A stretch of 64,000 bases of DNA, from assembly GCA_963666115.2 (NCBI GenBank), contig CAXXET010000007.1:256595-320594 (forward strand), given 5' to 3'. The notes below the pieces were generated by a model. That model worked only from the letters and a program-made list of their open reading frames with translations, did not search any database and had not been told where the DNA came from. This stretch comes from Dehalococcoidia bacterium. GTDB lineage: Bacteria; Chloroflexota; Dehalococcoidia; UBA6926. Below, piece after piece: positions 19,901 to 31,600 of the stretch. Position numbers and translations under genes: made by a program. Positions within the stretch are counted from its first letter, which is position 1. Each line of letters opens with the position of its first letter.

Positions 19901-22900
19901 GGGTGTAGCTGGTGGCGGTGGTGGCGAGGTCGATGGCCACGTCCATGCTGCGCGTGGAGAAGTGCTGCGAGCGGTCAGGCGTGACCCAGAAGTAGTGGCC
20001 GGCGGTAATAGAGCCGTAGAACGCGTACGGGAAGTCAAAGCGTTTGTTTGCCCCAGACGTGTTTGTGAGGCTGGCCAGCTGCGTGCCGGCGGTGTGGATG
20101 TTGCTGGACGGCTTTGTGCTGTGCGTCCGCAGGCTGACGATGGTGTCGCCGCCCAGGTTGACCGTGTAGGCGGCGACGTGTATCCGCGCCTCGTCGATGG
20201 CGCTGCTGCCGAACTTGTAGAAGCCGTTGCTCTCATTGGTGAGGGGGGAGACGGTTCCGAAGTTGATCGGGTCGCCGCCCGGCCCGTTGCCCAACTCGGA
20301 AGTGAAGGAGCTTCGAATGCCGGAACTCCCGCCGTCGTAGATTCGCACCCAGCTTGACGAAGTGGTCTGGCGGTAGCGCACGTCGTAGTCCGTGATGGCG
20401 GAGCCGTTGATCGCGGGTGCCGTCCAGGAGATGGCGAGCTGCTGGCTGCTGGGAGTGAGTGTGACGACGGGCTGCTGCGGCGCGCCCGCCGTGCCTGTCG
20501 CCGTTGCGGACCATGCGCCGTCGCCATGGGTGTTGGTGGCGAGCACCTGGAAATCGTAGCTCGTATTGAGGGTGAGACTGGCGACGGCGGTCTGTCTCGT
20601 CGTGCCATCCGAGGTGAACGTATGCGTGGACCACGTTGAACTCGACGAGGCCTTGTACCGGACCTTGAAGCCGGTGATCGACGCGCCGCCGTTGTACGGG
20701 GCCGTCCATTGCACGGTGATCTGGTTCGTGCTGAGCAGGAGCGTGGGGGTGTCGGGCGCGTTGGGGAGGCCGGCGTTGGTCGCGAGTGAGGCTGCGGGCG
20801 ACCACCCGCCCTCGCCTGCCGCGCTCTTCGCCCGCACGCGCGCCTCGTAGGTGGCGGCGCCTTCGAGGCCTGTGATGGTGGCGGTGACGGCTGTGCCGGT
20901 GTGCGCCCACTCAGACCAGCCGGTCGCCCCGGACTTGCGGTACTGCACGTCATAGTCCGTGATGGCAGAGCCGTTGGGGGTTGGGGCGGTCCACGTGACG
21001 GTCAACTGCCGCGTCCCGGCGGTGAGGGTGGGCGCGGTCATGGCGGGCGGGCGTCCGGGCTTGTCCGTTGTGGATGCGGACCACGGCCCGGTCGCGCTTG
21101 AGTTCGTGGCGCGCACCCGCACGCGGTATGCGGTGTTGTTGGTGAGGCCGGTGATGGTTGCAGTGCGCGTGGCGAACGTGATGCTGACGTTTGCGGACGA
21201 CCACGTCGTGCCGTCGGTGGAGTACTCCACGCCGTAGGAGGTGATGGCGCGTCCGTTGTCCGCAGGCGCAGTCCACGTGGCGGTCAGCGTGGCATTGCCG
21301 GAGGCGAGAGTTGGGGCGGCAGGCGCGTCTGGGCGTCCGGGTTTGACGGATGCGGAGGACGGCGACCAGAGGCCGTCGCCGTGGGTGTTCGTGGCGCGCA
21401 CCTGCGCCACATACGCCGTGTGGTTGGTGAGACCAGTGATGGTTGTCGAAGTCGTCGTGCTCGTGTTGGACGGGTTGAACTCGGTCCAGGTGACGCCGGC
21501 GTCTGACGAGTAGCGGATGTCATAGTCGGAGATGGCCGAGCCGTTGCCGGAGGTGGCAGCCCAACTCGCGGCCAGATCACCGTCGCCGGACACGAGCGTG
21601 GGGGCGGCGGAGACGGCGGGGAGCCCGGCCTTGAGCGTGCCGGAGGGGGACCACGCGCCGCGTCCAATGGCGCTGAAGGCGCGCACCTGGACGTTGTAGC
21701 TCGTGCCGTTGGTCAGGCCGGTGATGGTGAGGGAGCGAGACGCGGCGGACGCGTCGATCTCGGCGTCAACGCGCGGGAAGAAGCTGTCGGTGCTGCCGCT
21801 GCTCGTGGTCGTGATCCAGAAGTGGGTGTTGGCGGGGAGGACGCCCGTCCAGGCATCGCCGGTGATAGAGGCGGCCTCGCTAGCCGTCTGCTCCCACAGG
21901 AGCGTGCCGTGGGTGTTCATGTTGCTTGTCGTTGGCGCGGTCGAAGCGTAGCGCGCCCGGTACGTGAGAGCGCCTTGGCCAGCGTTATTGGCATTCCGCG
22001 CGTCCAGCTTCAGGCGCAATCGATAGACGGGCTCGGCGATCTTGTAGACGTTGGAGATGCCGCCCGTGCTGACCTTTGAAATGGTCAGGCCGGAGAGGCT
22101 GACGCTGCCCAGGTCAAACGCGCTGCCCGCTGAGCCGTCGCTGGTCTTGATTCCGACAAGCTGGCCGGGGTTGTAGCTGGGGAACAGCGCGGGCGGGACG
22201 CTCCACCCGGAGGCGCTGGCGGCCTGGTATCGGACGTTGTAGCCGGTAATCGCTGAGCCCCCGTCCGCCGGGGCCGTCCACGCCACGCCAAGCTGTGCGT
22301 TGCCGGTGGTGAGCGCCGGGGCTGCCGGGGCGACGGGGACGAGCTGCGGACTTGCGGAGGCTGAGGAGGGCGACCAGAGGCCGTCGCCGTGGGTGTTTCC
22401 GGCGCGCACCTGCACGATGTAGGCGGTTCCGTTGTCGAGCCCGGTGATGGACGCGGTGGTGTCGGTGGACGTAGTGTCCGTCACCACCGTCCACGTTGCG
22501 CCGCTGTCTGAGGAGTAGCGCAGGTCGTAGTCGGTTATGGCGGAGCCGTTGCCGGAGGGCGGGGTCCAGGAGACCGTGATCTGCTGATTGCCAGCGGCGA
22601 GGGTGGGCGCGGCGGGCCGGGCGGGCAAGCCGGGCTTCAGGGTGACGGGGTCAGACCACTCGCCGTCGCCGACGGAGTTGCCTGCGCGCACGGAGACCTG
22701 GTAGGCCGTGCCGTTGGTGAGGCCGGTGATGGTGTACGCGGTGGCGGTGGAGGCCAGGTCCATGTGGTATATGGCGTGGAAGCGAGTGGCATACGTCGAC
22801 GAGCCGGTGGTGGGAGACGCCCAGAAGTAGCCGTTCGCAGCGATGGGGCCAACCCATTCCCGGAACTTGTTCGTTGGCGTCGTCGTCGCTGAGGATGCCA

Positions 22901-24713
22901 GGACTGTGCCCGTGTTGAGGGCAGAGGGCTTGGAATTCGCCGTCCGCATGGTGAAGTTGGCGCCGTTGTTGGCCTGCAGGTAAATCTCCATCTCGTCGAT
23001 GGCGCTGGAAACCTTGTAGAGGCCCTGGTGGCTGCCCAGCGACTCGCGGGTTATCCCCGCGCCGATGTTGCCGAAGTCGATCGGGTCCGTGCTGCTGGCG
23101 GTGTCGCTGCCGCCAGCGGGGGTCGTTCCGACGGTGCCGCCGTCAGAGACGCGCGTCCAGTCGGTTGTTCCGACCTGACGGTAGCGGAGATCGTAGTCGT
23201 TGATGGCGGAACCTCCGTTAGACGGAGCGGTCCACTGCGCCGCAAGCTGCGCGTTGCCGGTAGTGAGGGCGGGGGCTGCCGGGGCGGCGGGCGCGGTAGG
23301 CCCGGTCGTGGTGAAGGACGTCCCCGCCAGTTCCGTCGAGCACGACGAGTCGTGGTAGGCGCTGTAGGAGTAGGAGGTGTTGTTAGAGAGGCTCCCAAAG
23401 GTGTGCGTCGCGCCGCTGATGGCGGATGAGCACGTTCCGGCGGGGGCGGGCGCAGTCTTCTTCACGTGCCAGGCGCCGCTGTGCCCGGCGAGGGTCAGGG
23501 TCGCCTCGGCTCCGGTGATGCTGCCGGCAGTGAGCCAGCCGGGGACGGGCGCGTTGCGCCACTGGCTTGTCGCGCCGCCGTTGGTGGCCTGGACGGCGAC
23601 GGTGGCTGCGGCGGTTGAGGTGACGGTATGGGTGTGGGTGGTTGTCGAATGGTCGGTGGCGATGCGCTGCCACTGGCCGCCGTCCGCGCGGTAGTTGACG
23701 TTGTAGGCGTTAGCACCCTGGCCGGCGTTCCACGTTGTGGTGACTGTGCCGCCGTCCGTGCCGTGCGTGGTGGAGGTGACGGCACGGAGGCCGGAGACCG
23801 CGCAGACGGACGGCGGCGGGACGGTGGCGGAGTTGGTCCAACCGCTTTCACCGGCAGCGTTGCGGGCGCGGACGGCCAGGGTGTAGGTCTTGTTCTTGCT
23901 CCACTTGGCGAAGTTCCAGGACGTGTACGTCACGTTGCTAAGGGCGCGCTTCCAGGTCTTGCGCTTGTTGGTGCTGACGTTCACGTCGTAGCCGGTTGCG
24001 CCGGACACGGGCGTCCAACTGACCGACATCGCTTCACAGGCGCGGCTGAGAGAGACGTTGGCGGGCGCGGACGGTGGCGGATCGGCAGGAACCCAGGGGG
24101 CGCTCGCCGGGGAGTTGCGCCAGTTGCCCCACAGCGTGTTGCCGCCGTCGGTCTTCCCTGCGCGGACGCCGACGACGTAGGGATACTGGTTATCGACGTT
24201 GATGGTGATGCTGGTGGACGAGTGGGCAAAGGCGGCAAGGCTCCAACTCTTCTTGCCGTCCGAACTGTAGGTGACGTGGTACTTGTCCGCGCCAACGACG
24301 GCGGGCCAGGAGGCGGTTATCGAGCCGTCGCTGCGGCTGATCAAGACATAGCTGACGCGAGCGGGCGGGCCGCTGGGATTGTTGGAGGCGGAGTTCCGCC
24401 ACTGGCCCCAGCCGTGCTCGTTGCCAGCGCGGACGCCGACGACGTAGGCCTTCGACGTGTCGATGCCGGTGATGTCGATGGATGTTGTGGCGTGGTCGTA
24501 GGCGGCGAGGCTCCAGCTCTTCTTGTTGTCGGAGCTATAGGTGACGTGGTACTTGGTGGCGCCGGCAGGGGCGTCCCACGATGCGGTGAGGGTCGTGTTG
24601 GCGCGGGTGACGGTGACGCTCGCCACCTGGCCGGGGGCTGATTGGGCGACGGCGGGCGAGGCGGCCACTGCCATGGCTGCCACGAGGATAGCCAGAGCGA
24701 TAATGCTACGCAT
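16956..24713 (-). CDS. 2,585-aa secreted fibronectin type III repeat protein with one GLUG-like module
   Basis: Sec signal [24 protein letters not shown] and GGAGG RBS. Many FN3 repeats (W..P...G..I..Y...Y...GL..G..Y.V.VRA.N..G.G.WS). [22 protein letters not shown]...GGLVG.N repeats...[11 protein letters not shown]. No C-terminal TM. Confidence 0.9.
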   Translation of the reverse strand: MRSIIALAILVAAMAVAASPAVAQSAPGQVASVTVTRANTTLTASWDAPAGATKYHVTYSSDNKKSWSLAAYDHATTSIDITGIDTSKAYVVGVRAGNEHGWGQWRNSASNNPSGPPARVSYVLISRSDGSITASWPAVVGADKYHVTYSSDGKKSWSLAAFAHSSTSITINVDNQYPYVVGVRAGKTDGGNTLWGNWRNSPASAPWVPADPPPSAPANVSLSRACEAMSVSWTPVSGATGYDVNVSTNKRKTWKRALSNVTYTSWNFAKWSKNKTYTLAVRARNAAGESGWTNSATVPPPSVCAVSGLRAVTSTTHGTDGGTVTTTWNAGQGANAYNVNYRADGGQWQRIATDHSTTTHTHTVTSTAAATVAVQATNGGATSQWRNAPVPGWLTAGSITGAEATLTLAGHSGAWHVKKTAPAPAGTCSSAISGATHTFGSLSNNTSYSYSAYHDSSCSTELAGTSFTTTGPTAPAAPAAPALTTGNAQLAAQWTAPSNGGSAINDYDLRYRQVGTTDWTRVSDGGTVGTTPAGGSDTASSTDPIDFGNIGAGITRESLGSHQGLYKVSSAIDEMEIYLQANNGANFTMRTANSKPSALNTGTVLASSATTTPTNKFREWVGPIAANGYFWASPTTGSSTYATRFHAIYHMDLASTATAYTITGLTNGTAYQVSVRAGNSVGDGEWSDPVTLKPGLPARPAAPTLAAGNQQITVSWTPPSGNGSAITDYDLRYSSDSGATWTVVTDTTSTDTTASITGLDNGTAYIVQVRAGNTHGDGLWSPSSASASPQLVPVAPAAPALTTGNAQLGVAWTAPADGGSAITGYNVRYQAASASGWSVPPALFPSYNPGQLVGIKTSDGSAGSAFDLGSVSLSGLTISKVSTGGISNVYKIAEPVYRLRLKLDARNANNAGQGALTYRARYASTAPTTSNMNTHGTLLWEQTASEAASITGDAWTGVLPANTHFWITTTSSGSTDSFFPRVDAEIDASAASRSLTITGLTNGTSYNVQVRAFSAIGRGAWSPSGTLKAGLPAVSAAPTLVSGDGDLAASWAATSGNGSAISDYDIRYSSDAGVTWTEFNPSNTSTTTSTTITGLTNHTAYVAQVRATNTHGDGLWSPSSASVKPGRPDAPAAPTLASGNATLTATWTAPADNGRAITSYGVEYSTDGTTWSSANVSITFATRTATITGLTNNTAYRVRVRATNSSATGPWSASTTDKPGRPPAMTAPTLTAGTRQLTVTWTAPTPNGSAITDYDVQYRKSGATGWSEWAHTGTAVTATITGLEGAATYEARVRAKSAAGEGGWSPAASLATNAGLPNAPDTPTLLLSTNQITVQWTAPYNGGASITGFKVRYKASSSSTWSTHTFTSDGTTRQTAVASLTLNTSYDFQVLATNTHGDGAWSATATGTAGAPQQPVVTLTPSSQQLAISWTAPAINGSAITDYDVRYRQTTSSSWVRIYDGGSSGIRSSFTSELGNGPGGDPINFGTVSPLTNESNGFYKFGSSAIDEARIHVAAYTVNLGGDTIVSLRTHSTKPSSNIHTAGTQLASLTNTSGANKRFDFPYAFYGSITAGHYFWVTPDRSQHFSTRSMDVAIDLATTATSYTLSGLTNNTEYEVQVRAKNARGDGQWSASAFGIPSARTLTSGSVTATGATLTISGHTGSWHYKANAAPHTTCSSAVSGTTETLTGLTPGTSYTYTVYKDSSCVTALAAAAAFTTDAALTASGVTATGATLNLAGHTGNWHYQADTGPDTSCSSAVSATTETLTGLSPGTAYTYKAYSDSACTTANLLGTATFTTAATLTVSDVTATSATLTITGHTGQWWYKANTGPDSTCQGPVASGTSTESVTGLTANTTYTYKAYSASGCADTNLLATASSFLAVTDFDADDDGLIEVGSLAQLNAMRWDLDGNGTASGGNTTTYATAFPDAKSNMGCNDDESTPSACTGYELTANLDFDTNGSGTADSGDTYWNSGAGWTPIGDTSNVFTATFDGGGFTLSNLHINASTTAEDATPDVGGLFAGIGSGGAVINLGLENVSVTVSSTLEDEIFAGALAADNRGAIIGVWSSGSVTGSSQRTSSTTWIQVGGLVGVNDKGGSGATAYEGTIGASYSTAAVTSRGVSANGDARAAGLVAVNKGTIAASYASGSVRAETSVTNQALGNSRAGGLVAINNGGTIIASYATGNVSSNATRAWDGGLVGRNNNGTITASYSTGTVGSSSGANKNRGGLVGTNEGSSTVTTSYWDTTTSGKSSSPAGTAKTTSELQTPTGYTGIYATWNVNVDDVTGNDDPWDFGTANQYPILEYGDYLPAAEQRPALSVSNISGTGATLTIIRHPAAWRYKATTGPHTSCSSVVSAGTSTATLTGLTANTTYTYTAYSDSACSTALGLATSFKTAPAPTSFTATRTYSGSDNSDSVELSWTAPDGTGITAYETAYSTDSGTNWTSDSTAIAATATSRTITGLHKGNSYIIRIRAVYGTGNNSAWVQSSSLPALAAPGTATGLGGDKNNVHWTAPSNTGNGQTGITKYNVQCKRAIAVSDAGESTTTSKYVGGNQHCNHYSNNGNYFRVRAFNLIWGSWSGWHRIQ

Positions 24714-27700
24714 CCGTTTCCTCCGTGGTCGTGGCCCGGCGCGCGCGCCTGCGGCGGCGCAGAATGATGAACAGGATCAGGGCGAGGAGCAGCAGGCCCG
24801 CGCCGGCGATCACGAAAGGCGCGTAGTCACTCGCGGCTATATCGTCCACCACGTCAGGCAGCGAGACGGCGGTCGCCACGGGAACGGCCGTCGCGGACTC
24901 GTCCACGGGCGCCGGCATGACGACGAGCGCGTAGACACTGAAGCGCGTGAGCACGGAGACCGTCCAGGAATTGCCTGAGCCGTCGACGGCGCAATCGTGC
25001 CGCACGCGCCCCCATCCCTCCGCCTCCACGCGGTACACCCGGGCGCGGTTGTCCGTGCAGGCGGACTGGTCGTTCTCCGGCAGCTTGAACCACAACTCCA
25101 CGCCCTTCAGCCACGTGGTCGGCGCGAGAATATCCGTCCCCGCGATATACGTGTTCACCTCGACCGCCAGGTTGACGAGATTATCCGCAACAGGCGCCTC
25201 GCTCTCGAGGGAGCCGGTGTCCAGCGTCCACATCCGGACTTCAAGGAGTTCCGGCGCGGCCCCCGCCGGGATGATCAGCCGCGCCCGGCCGTCCGGCGTC
25301 TCGATCACCGTCGCGCTGTCCGGCCACACAAGGTCTCCTCCCTCGGACACCTCAGGCAGCGGCGTGGGCGTTGGCGTGGGCGTCGGCGACGGTCCCGGCG
25401 TGGGCAACGGCAGAGGTGTTGGCGTGGGCGTCGGCTCCGGCGGCGGCTCCGGTGTTGGGGTGGGCGTCGGAAGCGGTGTCGGCTCCGGCTCGGGCTCCGG
25501 CGTGGCTGCGGGCGGCGGTGCAGGCGTCGGCGCAGGCGTCGGCGTTGCCTGCGCGGCAGGCGCGGCGGTGGGCGGAGGCGGCAGGACCCTGATCCTCACG
25601 ACGTCCGTGGCGTAGCGGCCCGCCTCGACGTGTATGCCCACGGTCTGGACACGCAGCTCGAAGTGCAGCACGATGGCGTTTTCCACCGTCGGCGCGAGGA
25701 ACGTGGCCGTCAGGGACGACGCGTTGTTGATGGTGACGGTGGCGGGCGGGTTGTCCCCGGTCTGCGTCCACGTGTATTCCAGCGACAGGCCGGGCTTCGT
25801 GTCGACGCCCGGATAGTTGGCCTGGCCTGACAGCCTCACCGTGTCGCCGCTGTACTCGGACCGGTTGTTGCCCGCATCGACGAAGGGGCGCGGGTTGACG
25901 ACGACCCGATTGATGGCGATGCCGTGGTAGCCGGGGTCATGGCTGTACGCGGTGTGGGCCATGATGACTTCGCCGTGAGAGCCGTCGCGGTTCCGTCCCG
26001 CCGTCACGGTGACGGTCTGCGCCGTATCCCAGTTGCTGGGCGTGAACGTGAGCGTCGCCGGACTGACCGTGATGTCCGGATCGCCCGTCTTCACGACCCT
26101 GACAACCACGTCGCTCTCCGGCGCATGCGTTGCCAGGACGACCGTATACGTGGTCGACTCGCCCTCTTCGAGATTGTCGATGCTCGACTTGGAGACGACA
26201 GTGCCGCGCGTCCTGACCATGGCCGGCCCCGCCGCCGTGCTCTCGCCCGCGGCGTTGACGGCGCGGAGTTGGAAGGCATAAGTGGACAGCGGATCGAGGC
26301 CGGTGAGCGTGAAGCCGCGCGCGCCTGAACCGCCGGAGATCGTCGTCCACGTCGCGGACGCAAAGTCGAAGCTGTCGCAGTCGGTCGCGTCGCATCCTGT
26401 CCCCTTGGCCTGCAGGTACTCCCACCGGCTGATGACGGAGTCCGCCGGAACCGGATCATCCCACGTGAACCTGGCCATGCCCCACTTGGGCAGCGTGAAC
26501 GCGAAGTTCCTGGGCGCGGCGGGCCTGATGAGGGCGGTGTTGTCCGTCGTCAACTGGTTCAGCGTCGGCTCGCCGTTCCCTGCCGCGTTCACCGCCCGCA
26601 GTTGGAAGCTGTAGGACATGCCCTTCTTGAGGCCGGTCACCGTGTAGCTGGTGCGGACGAAGACGGCCCGCACCTGGAAGTCATAGGTCGTGCCGGACGT
26701 GAGATTGTCCACCTGGTGGCTCGTCTTGTCGACGCACGTGCTGTCGTCGGCGGCTGTGCAGATGTCCACCCACGCGCCGTACTCGGTCGCCGTGCTCTCC
26801 TTCATCCGGTACTGCCACTTGAGGAAATGGGTGGTGTCGGCGGGCGTGCTCCACGTCAGCGTGACGCTGCTGCTGGCCGTCGCGCTGCCGTCAAACGCGG
26901 ACGTGCCGACGGTGGATGACACGTTCTTCCAACCCGTGTTCGTGGGAGGCGTGGCCGTCGCCTCGTCCAGCGCCGGATGAACCACCGGGCGAATCTCAAA
27001 GTCGCAGAACGCGCCCGCGGGCGAGCACGTCGCCGTGTACGACGTCGTCGTATCGCCGCTGTTCGATATATCCGTCCAGCCGAACGGGTCGGTCGCCGGC
27101 CAGTCATCCGCCGCCGCCTTCGTCCGGTACTGGTACTTGACGATGGTGTTGTCCTTCGGATCAGTCCACGAGAGCGTCTCCTCGTGGTTGGTGTCGGAGA
27201 ACGTCGTGAAGTTCCACGTCTTGTACACGACGAGCGGGAGGACATAGCTCAGCCCGTCCTGGATCACCGGCGCAACCTGGAAAACGTAGTCCGTATCGAC
27301 GGTCAGGCCGGTCGCGGTGTAGGACGTGGTGGTCGCGCTGCTGCCGGCGATGTCCGTCCACGCGCCAAAGCTCCCCGTCCCCGACTTCTGCCGGTACTGC
27401 CACTTGATGATCCGGGCGTTCTGCGGGTCGCTCCACGCCAGCGCGATCTGGTTGGCGCTGCCGATGTTGGCCAGGCTCCAGCTGCCCACCGCGTCGAGCG
27501 TGACCTGCATCGCATCGTTCGGCTTGAACGCGCGCGCCTGGAAGGTGTACTCCGTGTTGTTGGTCAGGCCCGTCACCCGGTACTGCGTGGTGGTTGCCGT
27601 GCTGTCCGGGATGTCCGTCCAGCTTCCGTAGGCGCCCGTGCTCTTCTGCCGGTACTGCCACTTGGTGATCGCGCTGTCATTGGGATCGGCCCACTTCAGG

Positions 27701-28668
27701 AGAACCGCCTTGTCCTCGGCGAGGGCGACCAGGCTGCCCTCCATCGTCCGGTACTGGTAGGTCGTGATGGACGGGTCGTTCGGGTTATTCCACGTCAGCG
27801 TGGCATTGCTGATGTCCACCACCACGTTGGCCGTGAACTGGTCGGGCATCTCCGGTATCAGGACGATCTCCACCGCGTCAGACGGCACGCCTCCGTCCAC
27901 GGCGCTGCTCGCCACGTTCGCCGCGCGCACCTGGAAGCGGTACACGTCATTGGCCAGGCTCGTCCTGACGTACGACCTGGTATCGCCGTCGCTGCTGGGA
28001 ACAGCCCGCCACTCCGCCGCGTTCAGCATGGTCGTCCATTCCGTCTCCGTCGTGTCCGTGTCGCCGCTCGCGGCGCGCCAGTCCCATGACGTGATGGACG
28101 GATCCGCCGGGGATGGCGGCGCCCACGTGAGCGTCACGTTGAAGTCGTTTGTGCGCGCCACGTACGTATCGCTGAGGGTCAGGCTGGCGGGCTTGCCCGG
28201 CGTGAGCGTGACGGTGGCGGTGGCGGACGCCGCGCCCTTGCCGGACGAGTTGACCGCGCGCACCTGGAACTGGTAGCCGCCGGGGCCGGTGACGCCGAAG
28301 GGGATGGTGTAGCTGCGGGTGTTGTTCTTGCTGCCGGGGATGGCCGTCCAACCGGCGCTGTTGAGGTCCTGACGCTCGGAGGTCGCGCGGTACTCCCAAC
28401 TCAGGATGGAGGAGTCGGCAGGCGAAACCGTCCAGGCGACCGAGACCTGGAAGTTGTTGGTGGCCTGGAGGTACGCCTTGCTGGCGGTCAGCGTTGCGGG
28501 CGCGGCAGGCTTCGCGGGCAGCGAACTCGTCGCGGTGGCCGACGCGGGGCTGATGCCGGCCGGGTTCACCGACCGGATCTGGAACTTGTACGCGGTGTCG
28601 TCGCTCAGGCCGGTTGCCTCATACGACGTGGCGGACGCGCTCGCGCTGATGGTCGTCCACGCCTTCAC
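24706..28668 (-). CDS. C-terminal segment of the giant protein (FN3, Calx-beta-like, PKD-like, Pro/Thr linker, TM anchor), as-sequenced ORF
   Basis: Begins mid-FN3 (KAWTTIS..SYEATGL). VDAG...[17 protein letters not shown]-like unit, PT/PE linker, TM helix [19 protein letters not shown]. Confidence 0.8.
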   Translation of the reverse strand: MKAWTTISASASATSYEATGLSDDTAYKFQIRSVNPAGISPASATATSSLPAKPAAPATLTASKAYLQATNNFQVSVAWTVSPADSSILSWEYRATSERQDLNSAGWTAIPGSKNNTRSYTIPFGVTGPGGYQFQVRAVNSSGKGAASATATVTLTPGKPASLTLSDTYVARTNDFNVTLTWAPPSPADPSITSWDWRAASGDTDTTETEWTTMLNAAEWRAVPSSDGDTRSYVRTSLANDVYRFQVRAANVASSAVDGGVPSDAVEIVLIPEMPDQFTANVVVDISNATLTWNNPNDPSITTYQYRTMEGSLVALAEDKAVLLKWADPNDSAITKWQYRQKSTGAYGSWTDIPDSTATTTQYRVTGLTNNTEYTFQARAFKPNDAMQVTLDAVGSWSLANIGSANQIALAWSDPQNARIIKWQYRQKSGTGSFGAWTDIAGSSATTTSYTATGLTVDTDYVFQVAPVIQDGLSYVLPLVVYKTWNFTTFSDTNHEETLSWTDPKDNTIVKYQYRTKAAADDWPATDPFGWTDISNSGDTTTSYTATCSPAGAFCDFEIRPVVHPALDEATATPPTNTGWKNVSSTVGTSAFDGSATASSSVTLTWSTPADTTHFLKWQYRMKESTATEYGAWVDICTAADDSTCVDKTSHQVDNLTSGTTYDFQVRAVFVRTSYTVTGLKKGMSYSFQLRAVNAAGNGEPTLNQLTTDNTALIRPAAPRNFAFTLPKWGMARFTWDDPVPADSVISRWEYLQAKGTGCDATDCDSFDFASATWTTISGGSGARGFTLTGLDPLSTYAFQLRAVNAAGESTAAGPAMVRTRGTVVSKSSIDNLEEGESTTYTVVLATHAPESDVVVRVVKTGDPDITVSPATLTFTPSNWDTAQTVTVTAGRNRDGSHGEVIMAHTAYSHDPGYHGIAINRVVVNPRPFVDAGNNRSEYSGDTVRLSGQANYPGVDTKPGLSLEYTWTQTGDNPPATVTINNASSLTATFLAPTVENAIVLHFELRVQTVGIHVEAGRYATDVVRIRVLPPPPTAAPAAQATPTPAPTPAPPPAATPEPEPEPTPLPTPTPTPEPPPEPTPTPTPLPLPTPGPSPTPTPTPTPLPEVSEGGDLVWPDSATVIETPDGRARLIIPAGAAPELLEVRMWTLDTGSLESEAPVADNLVNLAVEVNTYIAGTDILAPTTWLKGVELWFKLPENDQSACTDNRARVYRVEAEGWGRVRHDCAVDGSGNSWTVSVLTRFSVYALVVMPAPVDESATAVPVATAVSLPDVVDDIAASDYAPFVIAGAGLLLLALILFIILRRRRRARRATTTEETDA

Positions 28669-31600
28669 GCCCGACGCCGTGTGGTTGGCGCCGGGTCTTC
28701 ACGCCCTCAACCTGGTAGGTGAACGACGCGCCGCTGGTCAGATTCTTTGTGAATGTATGCGAGTTGAGCGTTCCGACGGCGCAGGGCGACGCGCAGGTGA
28801 TATTCGTCCACGCGGAGCCGTCCGTGCTGTACCGCCAGCCGGTGATGCCGCTGTCATTGGGATTCGTCCACTCCAGCGTGATCTCCTGCGTGGCGACGCC
28901 CTTGCCGACGATGAAGTCCGCATTGCTGCCCGTCCAATGCCGCATCTGCCACTTGGTGATGGACGGGTAGTTCGGGCTTGTCCAGGAGAGCGTCGCCTTC
29001 TGCTGCCCCGCCGCCGAGCTCAGTCCCTTCGGTTGGAGAGGCGTGGTGGCGGTGGAGGCGACGTCCGAGCCCGGCCCATACACGTTGTTGGAGTTCTTGG
29101 CGCGCACCCGGAACGAGTATGTCGTGCCGGTGTTCAGCCCAGACGTAATGCTGTGCGAGTTGGTGTTGGCGCCGCTGTTGGAAATGGGCCGTCCAATTGC
29201 CCCAGTTGCCGCTGCCCTTCCTCTGGCGGAACTCCCAACCCGTGATGTTGTTGCCGGTGGTCGGTATTGCCGTCCACGACAGGCTGACGTTCGTGCCGGT
29301 TGCGGTGGCGGTTAGGTCCTGAGGCTGCGGCGGGACGGCTCTCGGCGTCTGCGACACGCTATCAGTCGCAACGCCGGTTCCCGTCCCGTTGACGGCGCGA
29401 ATTTGGAAGTTGTACGGCGTGTTGTTGGTGAGCTGCGTCACCGTGTACGAGGTCGTGGTCGCCTTGCTGTTCGAAATGGTAGACCAGTTCGATCCGCCAT
29501 CCTTGCTGTACTGGTAGCCGGTGATGGATGAGTCGTCCGGGTCGTCCCACGTGAGAACCACCCGCCGGTCTCCCGGCTCGGCCGTCAGGCCCGTCGGCTT
29601 GGCCGGATACAGCGTGGGCGAGGACGCGTCCGATGCCGCGCCGTTCCCCGTCGCGTTGACCGCCCGGATTTGGAACGTGTACGCCGTGCCGTTGTCGAGG
29701 CTGCTTACCGTGTAGGTGGTGGTGGACGCGCTCGTGCTCATTTGCGTCCAACTGCCGTAGGTGCCCGTGGTCTTCTTCCGGTACTGCCACTTGGTGATGC
29801 TGGAGTTGTCCGGGTTGTCCCAGCCAAGCGTCGCCTGCCCGTTGCCGCCCGTTGCCGTGAAGTTGGTGGGCTTGGCCGGATACTGGACGAACTTGGACGA
29901 CGTGGCGGCATCGCCGACGCCATTCGGCCTGGCGTTGTTCACCGCGCGCAGCTGCGCCTTGTACGACTTCCCGTTGGCGACAGATGTGATGGTGTGAGTC
30001 GTGCTGTTATGGTTGCTGCCGGAAATACTCTTCCAGCCCTCGCTCGTCGATGGCGTGGTCGTCACGGTGTCCAGCGCCGACCCGGCGCCGGTCGTATAGG
30101 GCCGCACCTCGAATTGGTGCGACGCGCCGTTCGTCAGGCTCGTCACCGTGTGGGTCGTCGTGGTCGCGCTGCTGCTGGAAATGTCCGCCCACGATTCCCA
30201 ATTCTCCGTGCCCTCCTTGTAGCGGTACTGCCACTTGGTGATGTTGGAATTGTTGGGATCGGTCCAGTTCAGCACAACCTGCGCGTTGCCCGGCACGGCC
30301 TCCAGTCCGCCCTCGCCGGCCTCCCAGTAGCGGTACTGGTAGCGGTAGCCGGTGGTGCTGGTGTCGGTGGTCTTCGTCCAACGGAGCGTCGCCTGGCCGT
30401 CGCCGCCCGTTGCCGTGAGGCCGGACGGCGTGGACGGCCGGGCCAGCGGAATGACCGTGGCCGTATCGGAAATGGGGCTGGCACCCGCGTCGTTCTTTGA
30501 CCGAACCTGGAACGTGTACGTCGTGTTGTTGGTCAGGGAACCGACAGTGTGCGTCGTGTAGCCGGGCGTCTGCTCGGTGTTGACGGTAACCCAGTCGCCG
30601 TAGCTGCCGCCGGACTTGTAGCGGTACTCCCAGCTATGGAAGTACTTGTGGCCGGTGTTGAACCAGCGGAGGAGCGCGCTCCCGTCACGCGAGGTCGCGT
30701 TCAATTGCGTCGGCTTGTTGGGCGCGCTCGCCACCGGAACGGCAGTCGCGGAGTCCGACGCCGGGCCCGCGCCGCTGACGTTCACCGCGCGAATCTGGAA
30801 CCGTACCTTGGAGCTGTTGTCCAGCCCCGTCACCGTGTGGCTCGTTGTGGTCGCGCTGCTGGCGATCGCCCGCCACTGGCCCCACGATGCCGACGGATGC
30901 CCATAGCGCAGCTCGTAGCGGGCAATCGAGGCGTTGTTCGGGTTCGTCCACGACAGGCTAACCTGCGTGTTGCCGCCCGTCGCCGTCAGTCCGGTTGGCT
31001 TGCCCGGCAGCGCGCGCGGCGTCGCCGACTTCGCATCGGACTGCGTGCCGTTGCCGGTGCCGTTCACCGCGCGAATCCTGAACGTGTACTCCGTGTCGTT
31101 GGTGAGGCTGCCAATGGTGTACGTCGTGGTGGACGCGCCGCTGCTCGGTATCGTCGTCCAGTTGCCCGTGTCCTGCTTGTACTCCCAGCTCGTAATCGAG
31201 GAGTTGTTCGGATTCGTCCACGTCAGCTTCACCTTTTGGACGTTCGGCGTCGCCCTGAAGCCCGTCGGCTTGGCGGGCGCGGCCACCGGGGTCGCCGTCT
31301 TCGCATCGGACGACGCGCCGTTGCCGCTGATATTCACGGCGCGGAGCCTGAACGTATACGTCGTGTTGTTCGTGAGGCTCGGGACGGTGTACGTCCTGGT
31401 GGTCGAGTCGCTGCTCGGGACGGTCGTCCACGTGCTGCCCCACGCGCCCGAGGTCTTCTGCTGGTACTGCCAGCTCGTGATCGTGGAGTTGGAAGGGCCG
31501 GTCCACCTCAGCACGACCTGCCCGTTCCCGCCCATCGCCGTGAACCCTGACGGCGCGGCCGGCTTCGCCTTCGGCGTGGACGTTACGCCCGCCGACGCAG

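Noticed and set aside
24830-24870. Sortase LPxTG signal in the giant protein
   Set aside because: The sequence is LPDVV, and no sortase is visible; a plain TM plus basic tail fits better.
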